From positions 38,200-102,199 of the forward strand of contig JAYODW010000001.1 of assembly GCA_038116745.1 (NCBI GenBank): a stretch of DNA of 64,000 nt, written 5' to 3'. Made by a program: the position numbers and the translations under genes. Of this stretch, positions 48,069-58,528 are shown in pieces; positions within the stretch are counted from its first letter, which is position 1, and the number at the start of each line of letters is the position of its first letter. Below the pieces are notes generated by a model that was not told the origin of the DNA, ran no database searches, and saw only the letters and a program-made list of their open reading frames with translations. This stretch comes from Gammaproteobacteria bacterium. Lineage in GTDB: Bacteria; Pseudomonadota; Gammaproteobacteria; Ga0077536.

Positions 48069-48953
48069 ATGCGTATCGTGACTTATCGCGTTGATGGTGA
48101 GGTCGAGGTCGGTGTCGTGTCTCAGGACGGACTGGCGATAACGCCGTTTGACCTGCCGTCCGACCGCGCGGCCCAGGGTTTGCTGGCCGTGCTTGATGCT
48201 GGTCAGGTGGCGCTGCCGCTGCGAAACGCCGATCACGCGCGGACGCTTGCCGCGGTAGAGCTGCTCGCACCGATCCCACGGCCCCGACGGAACGTCCTGT
48301 GTATCGGTAAGAACTACTACGCACACGTCCAGGAAATTGCGCGTGCGGGATTCGATACTACGGGCGTCGGGGATTCTGCGCCTGAAGCACCGATTGTTTT
48401 CTCCAAACTGCCCGAGTGTGTGATCGGCTCAGAGCAGCCCATCCTGCTTGATGCATCGGTGACCCAAGAGCTTGATTACGAGGCGGAACTCGGCGTCATC
48501 ATCGGACGCGCTGGTCGGAACATCAGCGCTGCTGATGCGATGGCTCACGTCTGGGGCTATACCATTATCAACGACGTGACCGCGCGCGATCTGCAGCGTC
48601 GGCACCGGCAGTGGCTGCTTGGAAAATCGCAGGACGGGTTCTGCCCTATGGGGCCGTGCGCCATCTCTGCCGAGGAGCTGGATCTGGAAAATACGTCAAT
48701 CCGCTGCTGGGTTAACGAGGAGCTGCGCCAGGATGGCAACACCGAACTGATGATGTTCAAAGTTCCCGCGTTGATTGAAGCCATCTCAGCGGGGATCACG
48801 CTGCTGCCGGGCGATGTGATTGCGACCGGGACGCCGGCCGGCGTTGGCGCGGGTTTCGACCCCCCGAAATTTCTGCATGCGGGGGATCGGGTTCGGATTG
48901 AGATTCCGCCGATCGGGATCCTGCAGAACCGGGTACAGGATTACCCGGCCTGA
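48069..48953 (+). CDS. fumarylacetoacetate-hydrolase (FAH) family protein
   Basis: FAH-fold motifs (ELGVIIGR, GDVIATGTPAGVG). SD AAGGAAA. Confidence 0.85.
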   Translation: MRIVTYRVDGEVEVGVVSQDGLAITPFDLPSDRAAQGLLAVLDAGQVALPLRNADHARTLAAVELLAPIPRPRRNVLCIGKNYYAHVQEIARAGFDTTGVGDSAPEAPIVFSKLPECVIGSEQPILLDASVTQELDYEAELGVIIGRAGRNISAADAMAHVWGYTIINDVTARDLQRRHRQWLLGKSQDGFCPMGPCAISAEELDLENTSIRCWVNEELRQDGNTELMMFKVPALIEAISAGITLLPGDVIATGTPAGVGAGFDPPKFLHAGDRVRIEIPPIGILQNRVQDYPA

Positions 48954-48972
48954 CGGCACACGGCCGCGTGTC

Positions 48973-49395
48973 TCAGGCGGCCTTGCGCGCGGTGCGTCCC
49001 AGTTCCTCCAGCATGGCGTAGTCGAGAACGAAATCCGGTTTCAGATCCGGCGTCAGAAACTGGATGGCGCCGAAATTGGTGAAGTAGAGCTCGGTTTTCA
49101 CCGGGAATGCCGTCTCCTCATGCAGAACACCGTTGGGCTCGTACCCGTAGTCACCGGCAACAGCAGTAATGCCGCCTTTATCCTTGCCGCCGCGGATCTC
49201 CATGCGTCCCTTGAGGACCAGGTATTCGCCCCCACCGAGATGGCGATGCGGGCTGAATGACGCCCCCTTGGCACAGCGGAACAGCACGGTCCAGGCGCCG
49301 GTTTCCTGGCTGGTGCGAAGAATTTTGAAGTCGATGCCGTTTCCGAACTCGAGCCATGGCATCTCGCTGGTTGCGATATAGGTGTCCTGAATCAT
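48973..49395 (-). CDS. cupin-domain protein
   Basis: HRHLGGGEYLVLKG cupin motif. Confidence 0.55.
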   Translation of the reverse strand: MIQDTYIATSEMPWLEFGNGIDFKILRTSQETGAWTVLFRCAKGASFSPHRHLGGGEYLVLKGRMEIRGGKDKGGITAVAGDYGYEPNGVLHEETAFPVKTELYFTNFGAIQFLTPDLKPDFVLDYAMLEELGRTARKAA

Positions 49396-49469
49396 TGTGT
49401 TGCTCCTCGCGACGTCGTGTCTGATGGTAGTCCCGCGTGGCTCTGCGGTGTCAAGTGCCGCCGTATCGT

Positions 49470-51608
49470 TCAGGTAGTCAGCCGGCGATAGATATCGGCG
49501 ACCTTGTAGGGCAGCTTGCTGACCTCATCGATGACGGCAAAGTTCGCCGTGCCGTACATGTGCGGCAGATATTCCTGGGCCTCGTTATCGATGGTTATGC
49601 AGTAGGCATGAATTCCTGCCTGCTTCAGTTCGAGCAGGGCGTGCCGCGTATCTTCAATGCCGTACTTCCCCTTATAGCCGCCGTAGTCTTCCGGACGTCC
49701 GTCGGACAGCGTGATCAGCAGTTTCGTGCGCGCCTGCGTGCTCTGCAGCATCTGTCCCAGGTGTCGGATGGCAACGCCCATGCGGGTATAGGCCTTGGGC
49801 CGGATCCCGGCGATTCGCTGCCGCACATCCTGCGTGTAGCTCTCGTTGAAATCCTTGATGTGGTACACCTCGCAGCGCTTGTTGGTGCGTCCTGAAAAGC
49901 CGTAGATCGCATAGCGATCGCCCAGCATCTGCAGGGCTTCACAAAGCAGGACCAATGATTCGCGCTCTGCGTCGTTGACCCAGCCAAGCGTCGATCCGCT
50001 CATGTCCACCATGAACATGACCGCGATGTTGCGTTCCTGGTTACGGTAGCGGGTATAGAGGTATTCGCTCATTTCCCGGCCATTCGCCATGTCCGCAATG
50101 GCTTCAATCACCGCGTCGATATCAATGTCGTCGCCGTCCGACTGCCGCCGCTGAAGGCGGGACTCGCCGAGGACTGCCTCAAAACTCCGTTTGATCGACT
50201 TCAGCACGCCGCGATGTTTTTCCAGCGTGTCGTCGATAAAGCTTTCGTCGCCAGGGGCGACGCCGAGTTCGCGCAGGGTGCAGAAACCCTCGCGGAAACG
50301 CTGCCGTACGCAGTCCCACTCCCGGTAAGTAAACGTGCTCTTGTCGTCGCCCTCGGCGTTCAGCGCCGGATTCTCATCCGCACCCTGCGCGAGGAGTTCA
50401 TCGCTGTAATCCCCGAGTTCAACCGGCTCCATATGCTCGTCTGGGATCTCGCCGAAGTCCTGCATGATTGAGCCCACCAGATCACGCAGATGCTCTGGCA
50501 GGTTGACCTCATCGCCGTCGATCGAAAGACGCAGGGTGGTTTCTGCATCGCCTTCGCCGGGGCTTTCTTTTGCCTCGATTTCAACGTCCTGCGGCACATT
50601 GACACCAGCGCCGTCACCGTCGTCATCGGGCTTGCCGCGGAGTTCCTGCATGGCTTTCTGAAATTCAGATTTTTCGCGCTCGACGCGGGACATCAGGGTT
50701 TGGCGTACCCGTGCGGCGAACATCGCGCCCTGGTAAGGCTTGGGCGGTGGGAGCGTCATTTCCGCGAAGCTGCCGATGAGGTTGAGCGAATCCTCAGCCG
50801 ATGCACCCGGGCGCAGCAGAGCTTCCGCACGCTCACGCCAGCGTGCCCAAAGCTGATCGCCTTCTTCCCCCGTGTGTCCGAACACTGCGAATTGCCGCGC
50901 CAGCCCCGGGAAGTCGCGCTCTATACAGGCGTCGAGGCGGATGCACTCGAGATTATTGAAAATGCGCAGCAGCAGTTCATCGTCGTAGTTGGCCTGCAGG
51001 CGCTCGAGGACGCCGTAACGCCAGGTGCCGTACCAGGTCTGTGCCCACAAATGCACCGCCGTCAGCTTGTAGAGGGAGAAATTCTGCTCGGAGTCCGGGA
51101 ACAAGTTGACTGCGTCAGGCAGGTAGAGCGCTTCCGTATCGGTAAAGGCGCTGTCGTCCGTGGTCAGGCGCAGTTCACGGCCGCCGAGCCCCCTGACGAA
51201 ATGGCGCAGAAATGTGCTGGCGTCCTGAAAATCACAGCGAACATGTCGTTCGCCGTAGCGCCGGGCGAATTCATCGACGCTCTCCAGCACCTCAATCGCG
51301 AAGCCCAGCCCGCGATTGTCGAAAGTGGTCATGGCATCGTCGAGCCAGTCCTGCACTCCGTCGCGCGGCATCTGTTCGAAGGCATCGGCAGAGCGGTAGA
51401 CAAAATGTGCGGCGAGCTCGGTATTCGCGCGCGCGACCAGCTCCGCCCATTCGTAGATGAAGTCCTGCTGTGGCCGCTCGAGAGTCGCGATGCGCGCAAC
51501 GAGCGTATCAATATCACCGTGACGACTGAGTGCGCCGGCGGTGAATTTCTCGAGGTCTTTCCTGATCCTGAGCCGGTTCAGGAAGTTCTGCCGTGAGTTT
51601 TCGCTCAC
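49470..51608 (-). CDS. cbbO: CbbO/NorD-family protein with C-terminal von Willebrand factor A domain (partner of the CbbQ-type AAA+ ATPase)
   Basis: 712 aa. C-terminal VWA with a MIDAS-like DMSGS motif. Directly downstream of the CbbQ-type gene. Confidence 0.7.
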   Translation of the reverse strand: MSENSRQNFLNRLRIRKDLEKFTAGALSRHGDIDTLVARIATLERPQQDFIYEWAELVARANTELAAHFVYRSADAFEQMPRDGVQDWLDDAMTTFDNRGLGFAIEVLESVDEFARRYGERHVRCDFQDASTFLRHFVRGLGGRELRLTTDDSAFTDTEALYLPDAVNLFPDSEQNFSLYKLTAVHLWAQTWYGTWRYGVLERLQANYDDELLLRIFNNLECIRLDACIERDFPGLARQFAVFGHTGEEGDQLWARWRERAEALLRPGASAEDSLNLIGSFAEMTLPPPKPYQGAMFAARVRQTLMSRVEREKSEFQKAMQELRGKPDDDGDGAGVNVPQDVEIEAKESPGEGDAETTLRLSIDGDEVNLPEHLRDLVGSIMQDFGEIPDEHMEPVELGDYSDELLAQGADENPALNAEGDDKSTFTYREWDCVRQRFREGFCTLRELGVAPGDESFIDDTLEKHRGVLKSIKRSFEAVLGESRLQRRQSDGDDIDIDAVIEAIADMANGREMSEYLYTRYRNQERNIAVMFMVDMSGSTLGWVNDAERESLVLLCEALQMLGDRYAIYGFSGRTNKRCEVYHIKDFNESYTQDVRQRIAGIRPKAYTRMGVAIRHLGQMLQSTQARTKLLITLSDGRPEDYGGYKGKYGIEDTRHALLELKQAGIHAYCITIDNEAQEYLPHMYGTANFAVIDEVSKLPYKVADIYRRLTT

Positions 51609-51640
51609 TCTGGTGGTCTGTTGCTGAAGCCGGGAAGGGC

Positions 51641-52453
51641 TCAGAAAATCGAACGACTCAGCTCGTGAACCGCCTTGAGCATGTCGAGATCATCGGTCAG
51701 CGCCTGGGCCACCGCGGTGTCTGTGGCCACTACCGGCGCGATACCCTCGGCGGCCAGTTTCGCGGCGTTGACCAGCAGTCGGGTGCTGGCGCCCTCATCG
51801 AGCCCGCTGCCCTTGAGATTGCGCGTCATGGCGCCGAATTTCACCAGCTGGCGCGCGAGACCGGCGTCGACTCCGCTCTCCTTCTGGATGATGGTCTGCT
51901 CGGTCTCGGCGACCGGGTAGTCAAATTCGAGCGCGATAAAGCGCTGGCGAGTGCTCTGCTTCAGATCTTTGAGAACGCTCTGATAGCCGGGGTTGTAGGA
52001 AATCGCCAGACAGAACTCCGGCGGCGCCTGCAGCAGGTCTCCCAGCTTTTCAATCGGCAGCACGCGTCGGTCGTCGCACAACGGGTGAATCACCACCGAC
52101 GTGTCTTTGCGCGCTTCAACGATCTCATCGAGGTAGCAGATGCTTCCCTGACGAACCGCAGCAGTGAGCGGTCCGTCAACCCAAACCGTTTCCCCGCCGC
52201 GGACCAGATAGCGTCCGATCAGGTCAGAGGCTGTCAGGTCGTCATGACAGGCAACGGTCACCATTGGCCGTTCCAGCCGCCAGGCCATGTATTCGATGAA
52301 TCGCGTTTTGCCGCAGCCGGTCGGTCCTTTGAGCAGGACGGGGAGCTGGTTGCGATAGGCAGCAGTGAAGACTGCTATCTCGTCGGCGACGGGTTCGTAA
52401 TAGGGTTCTTCAGTGATGAAACTCTGGGTCGTCTGGATAGCGGAGGTGGACAT
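51641..52453 (-). CDS. cbbQ: CbbQ/NirQ/NorQ/GpvN-family MoxR-like AAA+ ATPase
   Basis: Walker A GPTGCGKT. About 270 aa. CbbQ-type C-terminal region. Confidence 0.8.
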   Translation of the reverse strand: MSTSAIQTTQSFITEEPYYEPVADEIAVFTAAYRNQLPVLLKGPTGCGKTRFIEYMAWRLERPMVTVACHDDLTASDLIGRYLVRGGETVWVDGPLTAAVRQGSICYLDEIVEARKDTSVVIHPLCDDRRVLPIEKLGDLLQAPPEFCLAISYNPGYQSVLKDLKQSTRQRFIALEFDYPVAETEQTIIQKESGVDAGLARQLVKFGAMTRNLKGSGLDEGASTRLLVNAAKLAAEGIAPVVATDTAVAQALTDDLDMLKAVHELSRSIF

Positions 52454-52588
52454 GCGGCTTCCATTTTGTGTGGCCCGGCGCGTACCTTGCGCGGGCATGG
52501 CGTAACGGAGGCGCCACTATACTGAAGGCCTACCCGATCAACTACCCGCGGCGGGGCTCGACTCTGCCGACAGCCGGAAGGAGCAGCC

Positions 52589-52978
52589 ATGCTGGAAAAA
52601 CTGAACCCACAGGACATCGTTGCCCCGTTCAACAATGCCTACCATCACACCGTTGTGATCCCGCCTGATGCGCGTGTTGCACACATCGCAGGACAGGTCG
52701 GCCTGAATCCTGACGGCAGCCTGCCCGACACTCTGGAAGCGCAGGCAGACCGGGCATGGGGGAATTTGATGGCCGCGCTGGGAGCGGCAGGCATGGGCGC
52801 CGCGGACGTGGTGAAAGTTACGGCTTATCTGGTGGATGCCGACGATTATCCGGCCTTCGCCGCTGCGCGTTCACGGTGCCTGGGCGACGCCCGGCCGGCG
52901 TCGACGGCACTCCTGGTCAAGCAGTTGCTCAAACCGGAATGGCGCTTTGAAATCGAGGCAATCGCAGCCAGAGTTTGA
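52589..52978 (+). CDS. RidA/YjgF-family deaminase-like protein
   Basis: About 129 aa, with the family's conserved C-terminal pattern. Confidence 0.75.
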   Translation: MLEKLNPQDIVAPFNNAYHHTVVIPPDARVAHIAGQVGLNPDGSLPDTLEAQADRAWGNLMAALGAAGMGAADVVKVTAYLVDADDYPAFAAARSRCLGDARPASTALLVKQLLKPEWRFEIEAIAARV

Positions 52979-53087
52979 AATCTGAATTGGTGCAGCGGCA
53001 AAGTGGACGCCTCGCTCGGGCGCGTAGTAACCTTCGTGCACATTGAAGACACCCAGTTAACTTCCGGATTTTTATGGGAGACGTGAA

Positions 53088-54317
53088 ATGGAAGTAGGCG
53101 CTTTTTATCTGCCCTCAGTGGGGCGCAAAGAGGATATCTCTGCCGGCATGGCCGGTAAGCGCACCGACCTTTACCAGATGATGCTGCGTGAGCTGACCGA
53201 GCAGCTGCAGTACATGGACGGAAACGGGTACTACGGCTGCGGATTCACCGAGCACCATTTCCACGTCGAAGGCGAAGAGGTCTCCACCAATCCGGTCATG
53301 CTGGATCTCTATTTCGGCATGCAGACCCGGAACATGAAGTTCGGCCAGCTGGGTAACGTGTTGCCGTCGCAGAATCCGATCAATCTGGCGGAAAACATCG
53401 CGATGCTTTCCCAGATGCTGAACGGGCGCGTTTTTGCCGGGTTCGCCCGGGGTTATCAGCCCCGCTGGGTGAATGTGCTCGGCCAGCAGATAGGCTTGAG
53501 CGATCCGGCCTCGGGTGAGGACTACGAGGAACTCAAACGTTCGCTCTTCGAAGAGCATTTCGACCTCATCATGACCGCATGGAAGAACGATACGTTCAAA
53601 TTCCAGGGCAAGCACTGGCAGGTACCGACGCAGGACATCAAATGGGCCGCGGCAGAGGTGGCCTGGAACTATGGTCAGGGTTGTAACAAGGACGGATACA
53701 TCGAGGAGATCGGAATCGCGCCTCCGACTTTCGAAAAGCAGATCCCGGACATGTTCATGCCCTTCGCGACCTCGGAGCGCTCCATCAAGTGGGGCATGGA
53801 ACGGGGCATTGTGCCGGTGACTATCATGACCCAGTACGAAGTGGTCAAAGAACACTTCCGCGCCGGTATGGAAGCTGCGAACGAGGCGGGGTTGAACTAC
53901 AAGTTCGGCCAGGGCATGGCTATGAGCCGCGAAGTCATCGTTGCAGATACAGACGAAGAGGCCGAAGCGATTGCCCGGGAAGCAGGCTCCTTCATCTGGA
54001 ACAACTTTTTCGTACCTTTCGGCTTCAACGCGGCCATCTGCAAAGCGGGCGAAGGTCCGTTTGACCTGCCGGCGACCTTTGAGACCCTATGCGAGCGAGG
54101 GCTTGTCATTCACGGCAGCCCTGATACCGTGAACCGCAAGCTCGAAGTGCTGTTCAAGCAGCTGCCGGTCGACTTCTTCTGGATGTTCATCTACAACCAC
54201 ATGCCGCATGCTGCGTGCATGAAGTCGCTGGAACTGATGACTGAAAAAGTCTGGCCGAATTTCAGCGATAAAATCGGCTCTGCAGCCAGCGCTCCGATGG
54301 CGGCATCCGGCGGCTGA
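53088..54317 (+). CDS. LLM-class flavin-dependent oxidoreductase (large, 409 aa)
   Basis: LLM TIM-barrel motifs. SD GGGAGA. Confidence 0.65.
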   Translation: MEVGAFYLPSVGRKEDISAGMAGKRTDLYQMMLRELTEQLQYMDGNGYYGCGFTEHHFHVEGEEVSTNPVMLDLYFGMQTRNMKFGQLGNVLPSQNPINLAENIAMLSQMLNGRVFAGFARGYQPRWVNVLGQQIGLSDPASGEDYEELKRSLFEEHFDLIMTAWKNDTFKFQGKHWQVPTQDIKWAAAEVAWNYGQGCNKDGYIEEIGIAPPTFEKQIPDMFMPFATSERSIKWGMERGIVPVTIMTQYEVVKEHFRAGMEAANEAGLNYKFGQGMAMSREVIVADTDEEAEAIAREAGSFIWNNFFVPFGFNAAICKAGEGPFDLPATFETLCERGLVIHGSPDTVNRKLEVLFKQLPVDFFWMFIYNHMPHAACMKSLELMTEKVWPNFSDKIGSAASAPMAASGG

Positions 54318-54400
54318 CGCAGTCATCGGCACGGGTATCCCGCCTGTGCCGGCCGTCGTCGCGTTGTTGATTGAGAAAGCGTGACAACCTGACAGATCAA

Positions 54401-54435
54401 CCCGGTGCCGGGTTACCCGCACCGGGTTTTTTTTT
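54401..54435 (+). terminator. rho-independent terminator: stem CCCGGTGC/GCACCGGG (8 bp), 10-nt loop, then T9
   Basis: Seen directly in sequence, 84 nt after the LLM stop. Confidence 0.7.
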
Positions 54436-54490
54436 GCCTGAAGCCGCTCGCACCCGTCGGGCGTCAGCGGCGCGACAGACAGGGAATTTC

Positions 54491-55420
54491 ATGAACGCTG
54501 TGGCCGCTGTGGTTGTTCCGGTTTTTGGAACGGTAGCGCTGGGGTACGGGCTGGCGCGCAGCCGGCTGTTCAGCGCTGAGGCTGGCGCCGGGCTGGTGCG
54601 TTTCATGTACTACCTGGCGATTCCCGCCCTGCTGATCGACAGCGTGCAACGGGCGGAGTTGCCGGCAACGCTTCCCTGGGCTTTTCTGGCGGCGTTCTAC
54701 GGGCCGTCGTTTCTGCTGTATGCGATCGGGATGAGCGCAACGCGTGTGTTGCTTGGCTGGCAGGCGCGTGATCCGGTCATGGGCGGCATGACGGCGAGCT
54801 ATTCGAATATCGTTTTGCTTGGTTATCCCGTAGTGCTCAGCGCATTCGGCGCCGGCGGGACGATGCCTCTGATTATTCTGCTTGCCACCCAGAGCATGCT
54901 GCTTTTTCCTTTCACGACCTGGCTTCTGGAGCGCGCGGGGACAGCGCCGGAACAGGGTGGTGGAGCTCTTCGAGCGCTTCAGCGTCTTGCCCTGAACCCC
55001 GTGTTGGTGAGCCTTGCGCTCGGGATCGGGCTGAATCTTACAGATGCGACCCTGCCTGAACCCCTGGCGCGGATGCTCAAGCTGCTCGGGAGTGCGGGGC
55101 CCGCATGTGCGCTGGTCGCGCTCGGGATCAGCCTTGCGCAGTATCGGCTGGTCGGGGGCTACCGTGATGCGCTTTTCCTGATTGCGTTGAAAAATGCGCT
55201 GCATCCTGTGCTTGTCTGGGGGGGATGTGTGGCGTTGCGAATTGAAACATCCTGGACCCAGGTGGCCGTGCTGCTGGCGGCAATGCCCTGTGGACTGAAT
55301 GCCTTCATTTTCGCGAGCCAGTACCAGGTACGTGAGGAGACCGTGTCCAAGTCGGTCGTGCTCTCGACAGCCCTGTCCAGCCTGGTCGCGGCGCTGATCC
55401 TGAGCTGGATGCTTCCCTGA
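54491..55420 (+). CDS. AEC-family (auxin efflux carrier-like) transporter
   Basis: About 10 TM segments. AEC family-like N- and C-terminal repeats. Confidence 0.7.
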   Translation: MNAVAAVVVPVFGTVALGYGLARSRLFSAEAGAGLVRFMYYLAIPALLIDSVQRAELPATLPWAFLAAFYGPSFLLYAIGMSATRVLLGWQARDPVMGGMTASYSNIVLLGYPVVLSAFGAGGTMPLIILLATQSMLLFPFTTWLLERAGTAPEQGGGALRALQRLALNPVLVSLALGIGLNLTDATLPEPLARMLKLLGSAGPACALVALGISLAQYRLVGGYRDALFLIALKNALHPVLVWGGCVALRIETSWTQVAVLLAAMPCGLNAFIFASQYQVREETVSKSVVLSTALSSLVAALILSWMLP

Positions 55421-55523
55421 GAGGCTGCACGGCAGCAGTAACGCGCCACCTCGCTGCCGATGAGCGACGGTATACACTGAGCCGAGGCGTTTGCGGAAAT
55501 GCTGCTTGAGGGTACTGCAACCG

Positions 55524-56210
55524 ATGACATCGGCTGGCGACATTCTGGTAGTCGAGGACCATCGCGATATCGCAGCGCTGGTCTGTGAGCACCTTGAGGG
55601 TGTCGGTTTCGAGGTGGACTACGCGGATACCGGGGAGGCCGCGCTGCATCTTGTGGCGTCGAATCGCTATGACGCTCTGGTGCTGGACCTGATGCTGCCT
55701 GGTATCGATGGCATCGAGCTGTGTGGACGAATGCGTGCCGCCGGTAACGACATACCTGTTCTCATGTTGACGGCGCGGGATACCCTCGCTGACAAACTCA
55801 GCGGCTTTGAAAGCGGCGCAGATGATTACCTGGTGAAACCGTTTGATCTGCCGGAGCTGGAGGCCAGGCTGCTTGCGATTATCCGTCGTCGTCAAGGCGG
55901 GGCTGCTGCCGGACGGCTGGTGGTCGGCGACCTGTCGGTGGATGTGGAAACGCACACCGTGACCCGCGCAGGGCAGAATCTGACGGTCACGCCCACCGGA
56001 CTCAAACTTCTGTCTGAGCTCATCCGTCATTCTCCTCGTGTAGTAGAGCGACGCGCTCTGGAGCGCGCCGTGTGGGGCGATGCGCCGCCGGACAGTGATG
56101 CCCTAAGGACCCATCTCTACCAGCTGCGCAAGGTTGTTGACAGACCGTTTAAGACAGCCCTGATCCACACGGTGCACAGCGCAGGCTTCCGGATTGCGGA
56201 TGAGCGCTGA
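55524..56210 (+). CDS. OmpR-family response regulator
   Basis: Receiver domain (ILVVEDH, D in LVLDLMLPG) plus a winged-helix output domain. Confidence 0.85.
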   Translation: MTSAGDILVVEDHRDIAALVCEHLEGVGFEVDYADTGEAALHLVASNRYDALVLDLMLPGIDGIELCGRMRAAGNDIPVLMLTARDTLADKLSGFESGADDYLVKPFDLPELEARLLAIIRRRQGGAAAGRLVVGDLSVDVETHTVTRAGQNLTVTPTGLKLLSELIRHSPRVVERRALERAVWGDAPPDSDALRTHLYQLRKVVDRPFKTALIHTVHSAGFRIADER

Positions 56211-57528
56211 GCGCAGCAACCGGTTGAATGTCAGCCTGTGGCGGGCGTTCCTGCTGCAGATGACCTTGATCAGTGCGTCGGTTGTGGCGGGAGTTTTTCT
56301 GGCCGAGTTTGCCATCAGGGAACTGTTGATCGAATCGGCGCTGACCCGGGAGGCCGATTATTTCTGGTCCCGAAGGAACATCGACAGCGCTACGCCGGCA
56401 CCCAACACCAATACGCTTATCGGCTACGTGTTCAAACAGGACTCGGCGGAGATCCCCGGAGAATTTGCGGGGCTTTCAATGGGGATCCACGATATCCAGA
56501 CACCTGCGGGCGAAGCCGTCGTGCAGGTCAGTGAGTCTGGAAGCGAGCGGCTGTATCTCGTTTTCGACGCGAACAACGTCAAAGAGCTCGCGACCTATTT
56601 CGGCGTCGCGCCGCTCGCGCTGATGCTGATCGCGCTTTACTCGTCGGCCTGGGTGGCCTATCTCATCGCGCGTCGAGCGGTATCACCCGTCATACGCTTT
56701 GCCCGCACGGTAAGAGACGTTGATCTGGACGCTCCGGGCGCGGCAGATCTCCTGGCTCGGCAGCTCGACGGAAGCAATTCCGAGATCGAAGTGCTGGGAC
56801 ATGCGCTGCAGAATCTGCTGATGCGGGTGCACAGCATGGTTGAACGGGAGCGCTTGTTTACCCGGGAGGCGAGCCATGAACTGCGCAGCCCGTTGACCGT
56901 TATCCGTATGGCGAGTGACAACCTGCTGAGACGTCACACGCTTGAGCCGGCGGCGCGAACCGCGATTGAACGGATCCAGCGGGCCGCGCGGGATATGGAG
57001 GAGCTGACAGAAATTCTGCTGCTGCTGGCCCGGGAAAACGAAGGGGCGCTGGGCACGGAACAGGTCAGTGTGGACCTGGCGATCGAGCAGGAAATCAATG
57101 CCTGCCGGCTGCTCTATGCCGATAAGCCGCTGGAGCTGGAGCTCGCGCGTGCGAATCACCTCATGGTCGAGGCGGCTCCGCGGGTCCTGTCCATCGTGCT
57201 CGGGAATCTTCTGCGCAACGCCTGCTCCTATACCGACCGCGGTCGAGTGGCTGTATCGGTGGCGGGCACCTCCATCGTGATTGAGGATGAGGGTGTCGGC
57301 ATCGAAAAAGCTCAGCTTGCGCAGGTATTCCAGGCTTATGCGACCCGGCAGCACGCGCGTGGGCACGGCATCGGCCTCAGCCTGGTCAAGCGCATTACCG
57401 ATCGTTTTGACTGGCAAATCAGCATCGAAAGCGAATTGTCGCGCGGTACTCGGGTCACGCTGACAATCCCGGAGGGCGAAGTCATTGCCCTTGACGAGCG
57501 GTCACCCGAACCCCGGCTCAGAGCTTGA
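56194..57528 (+). CDS. sensor histidine kinase (HisKA + HATPase_c)
   Basis: H-box EASHELRSPLT. N, G1 and G2 boxes. Two TM helices. Confidence 0.8.
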   Translation: MRMSAERSNRLNVSLWRAFLLQMTLISASVVAGVFLAEFAIRELLIESALTREADYFWSRRNIDSATPAPNTNTLIGYVFKQDSAEIPGEFAGLSMGIHDIQTPAGEAVVQVSESGSERLYLVFDANNVKELATYFGVAPLALMLIALYSSAWVAYLIARRAVSPVIRFARTVRDVDLDAPGAADLLARQLDGSNSEIEVLGHALQNLLMRVHSMVERERLFTREASHELRSPLTVIRMASDNLLRRHTLEPAARTAIERIQRAARDMEELTEILLLLARENEGALGTEQVSVDLAIEQEINACRLLYADKPLELELARANHLMVEAAPRVLSIVLGNLLRNACSYTDRGRVAVSVAGTSIVIEDEGVGIEKAQLAQVFQAYATRQHARGHGIGLSLVKRITDRFDWQISIESELSRGTRVTLTIPEGEVIALDERSPEPRLRA

Positions 57529-57551
57529 AGACCGGCCGACTGTCCCCATCT
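57524..57551 (+). promoter_or_regulatory. sigma-32-type heat-shock promoter for htpX: CTTGAAG (57524-57530), 13 nt, CCCCATCT (57544-57551)
   Basis: Near-perfect match to the CTTGAAA-N13/14-CCCCATNT consensus. htpX is a classic sigma-32 regulon member. Confidence 0.5.
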
Positions 57552-57652
57552 GAACCATGGCGCTGTCGGCACGCTCAGAAGCCAGCGGCTGCGGTGGCTG
57601 AGGCAGCCGCGCGCATTGTTCTGTCCATCAACCCGGAGGTTTTTAAACGCCC

Positions 57653-58498
57653 ATGCTCAGAATAGGACTGTTCGTCGCAACGAACTTTGCGGTGCTGATG
57701 GTGCTGTCCATTGTGCTTCAGCTGCTCGGTTTGAATCAGCCCGGAAGCGGCACCGGGGGCTTGATTGTCTTCGCTGCGCTGTTCGGCATGGGCGGCTCAC
57801 TCATTTCCCTGATGATGTCCAAATCCATGGCGCTGCGGGCAGTGCGCGGGAAGGTTATCGACGCTCCGACCGATGCGACAGAACGGTGGCTGATGAGTAC
57901 TGTACACACACAGGCTGCCGCGGCCGGGATTGGGAAACCGGACGTGGCGATTTTCGATTCCGCCAGCCCTAACGCATTCGCTACGGGTGCGAATCGCGAT
58001 GCGGCGCTGGTCGCGGTCAGTACCGGTCTTTTACGACACATGAGCAGAGAAGAGGTTGAGGCGGTTCTTGGGCACGAGATCAGCCATGTCGCGAACGGGG
58101 ATATGGTGACGCTGGCGCTTCTGCAGGGAGTGATGAACACCTTCGTGATGGTGTTCGCTCACCTGGCGGCGGCGGCGCTGGATCGTGATAACCGCGGGCG
58201 ACACGGCGCGGGCTACTACATCGGCTATTTCGCCGCGCAGGCGGTGCTGGGTTTTCTCGCGTCGCTGGTCGTGATGTGGTTCAGTCGTTACCGCGAATAC
58301 CGTGCCGACGCCGGGGGCGCTGAGCTGGCCGGCCGGCAGCACATGATTGCTGCCCTGGAGCGTCTCCAGCAGCAGGTCGAGCCGACGCCTCTGCCTGAGC
58401 AGATGGCTGCATTCGGTATCGCGGGTGGCCTCGGAGAACTCCTTGCGACACATCCGCCGCTCGCGAAACGGATAGAAGCCCTGCGCGCGGCAGCCTGA
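57653..58498 (+). CDS. htpX: membrane zinc metalloprotease HtpX
   Basis: HEISH (HExxH) motif, TM helices, M48 family features. Confidence 0.9.
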   Translation: MLRIGLFVATNFAVLMVLSIVLQLLGLNQPGSGTGGLIVFAALFGMGGSLISLMMSKSMALRAVRGKVIDAPTDATERWLMSTVHTQAAAAGIGKPDVAIFDSASPNAFATGANRDAALVAVSTGLLRHMSREEVEAVLGHEISHVANGDMVTLALLQGVMNTFVMVFAHLAAAALDRDNRGRHGAGYYIGYFAAQAVLGFLASLVVMWFSRYREYRADAGGAELAGRQHMIAALERLQQQVEPTPLPEQMAAFGIAGGLGELLATHPPLAKRIEALRAAA

Positions 58499-58528
58499 TA
58501 CCGCGTCGGGCTGGGCGCACCGGGTCAG

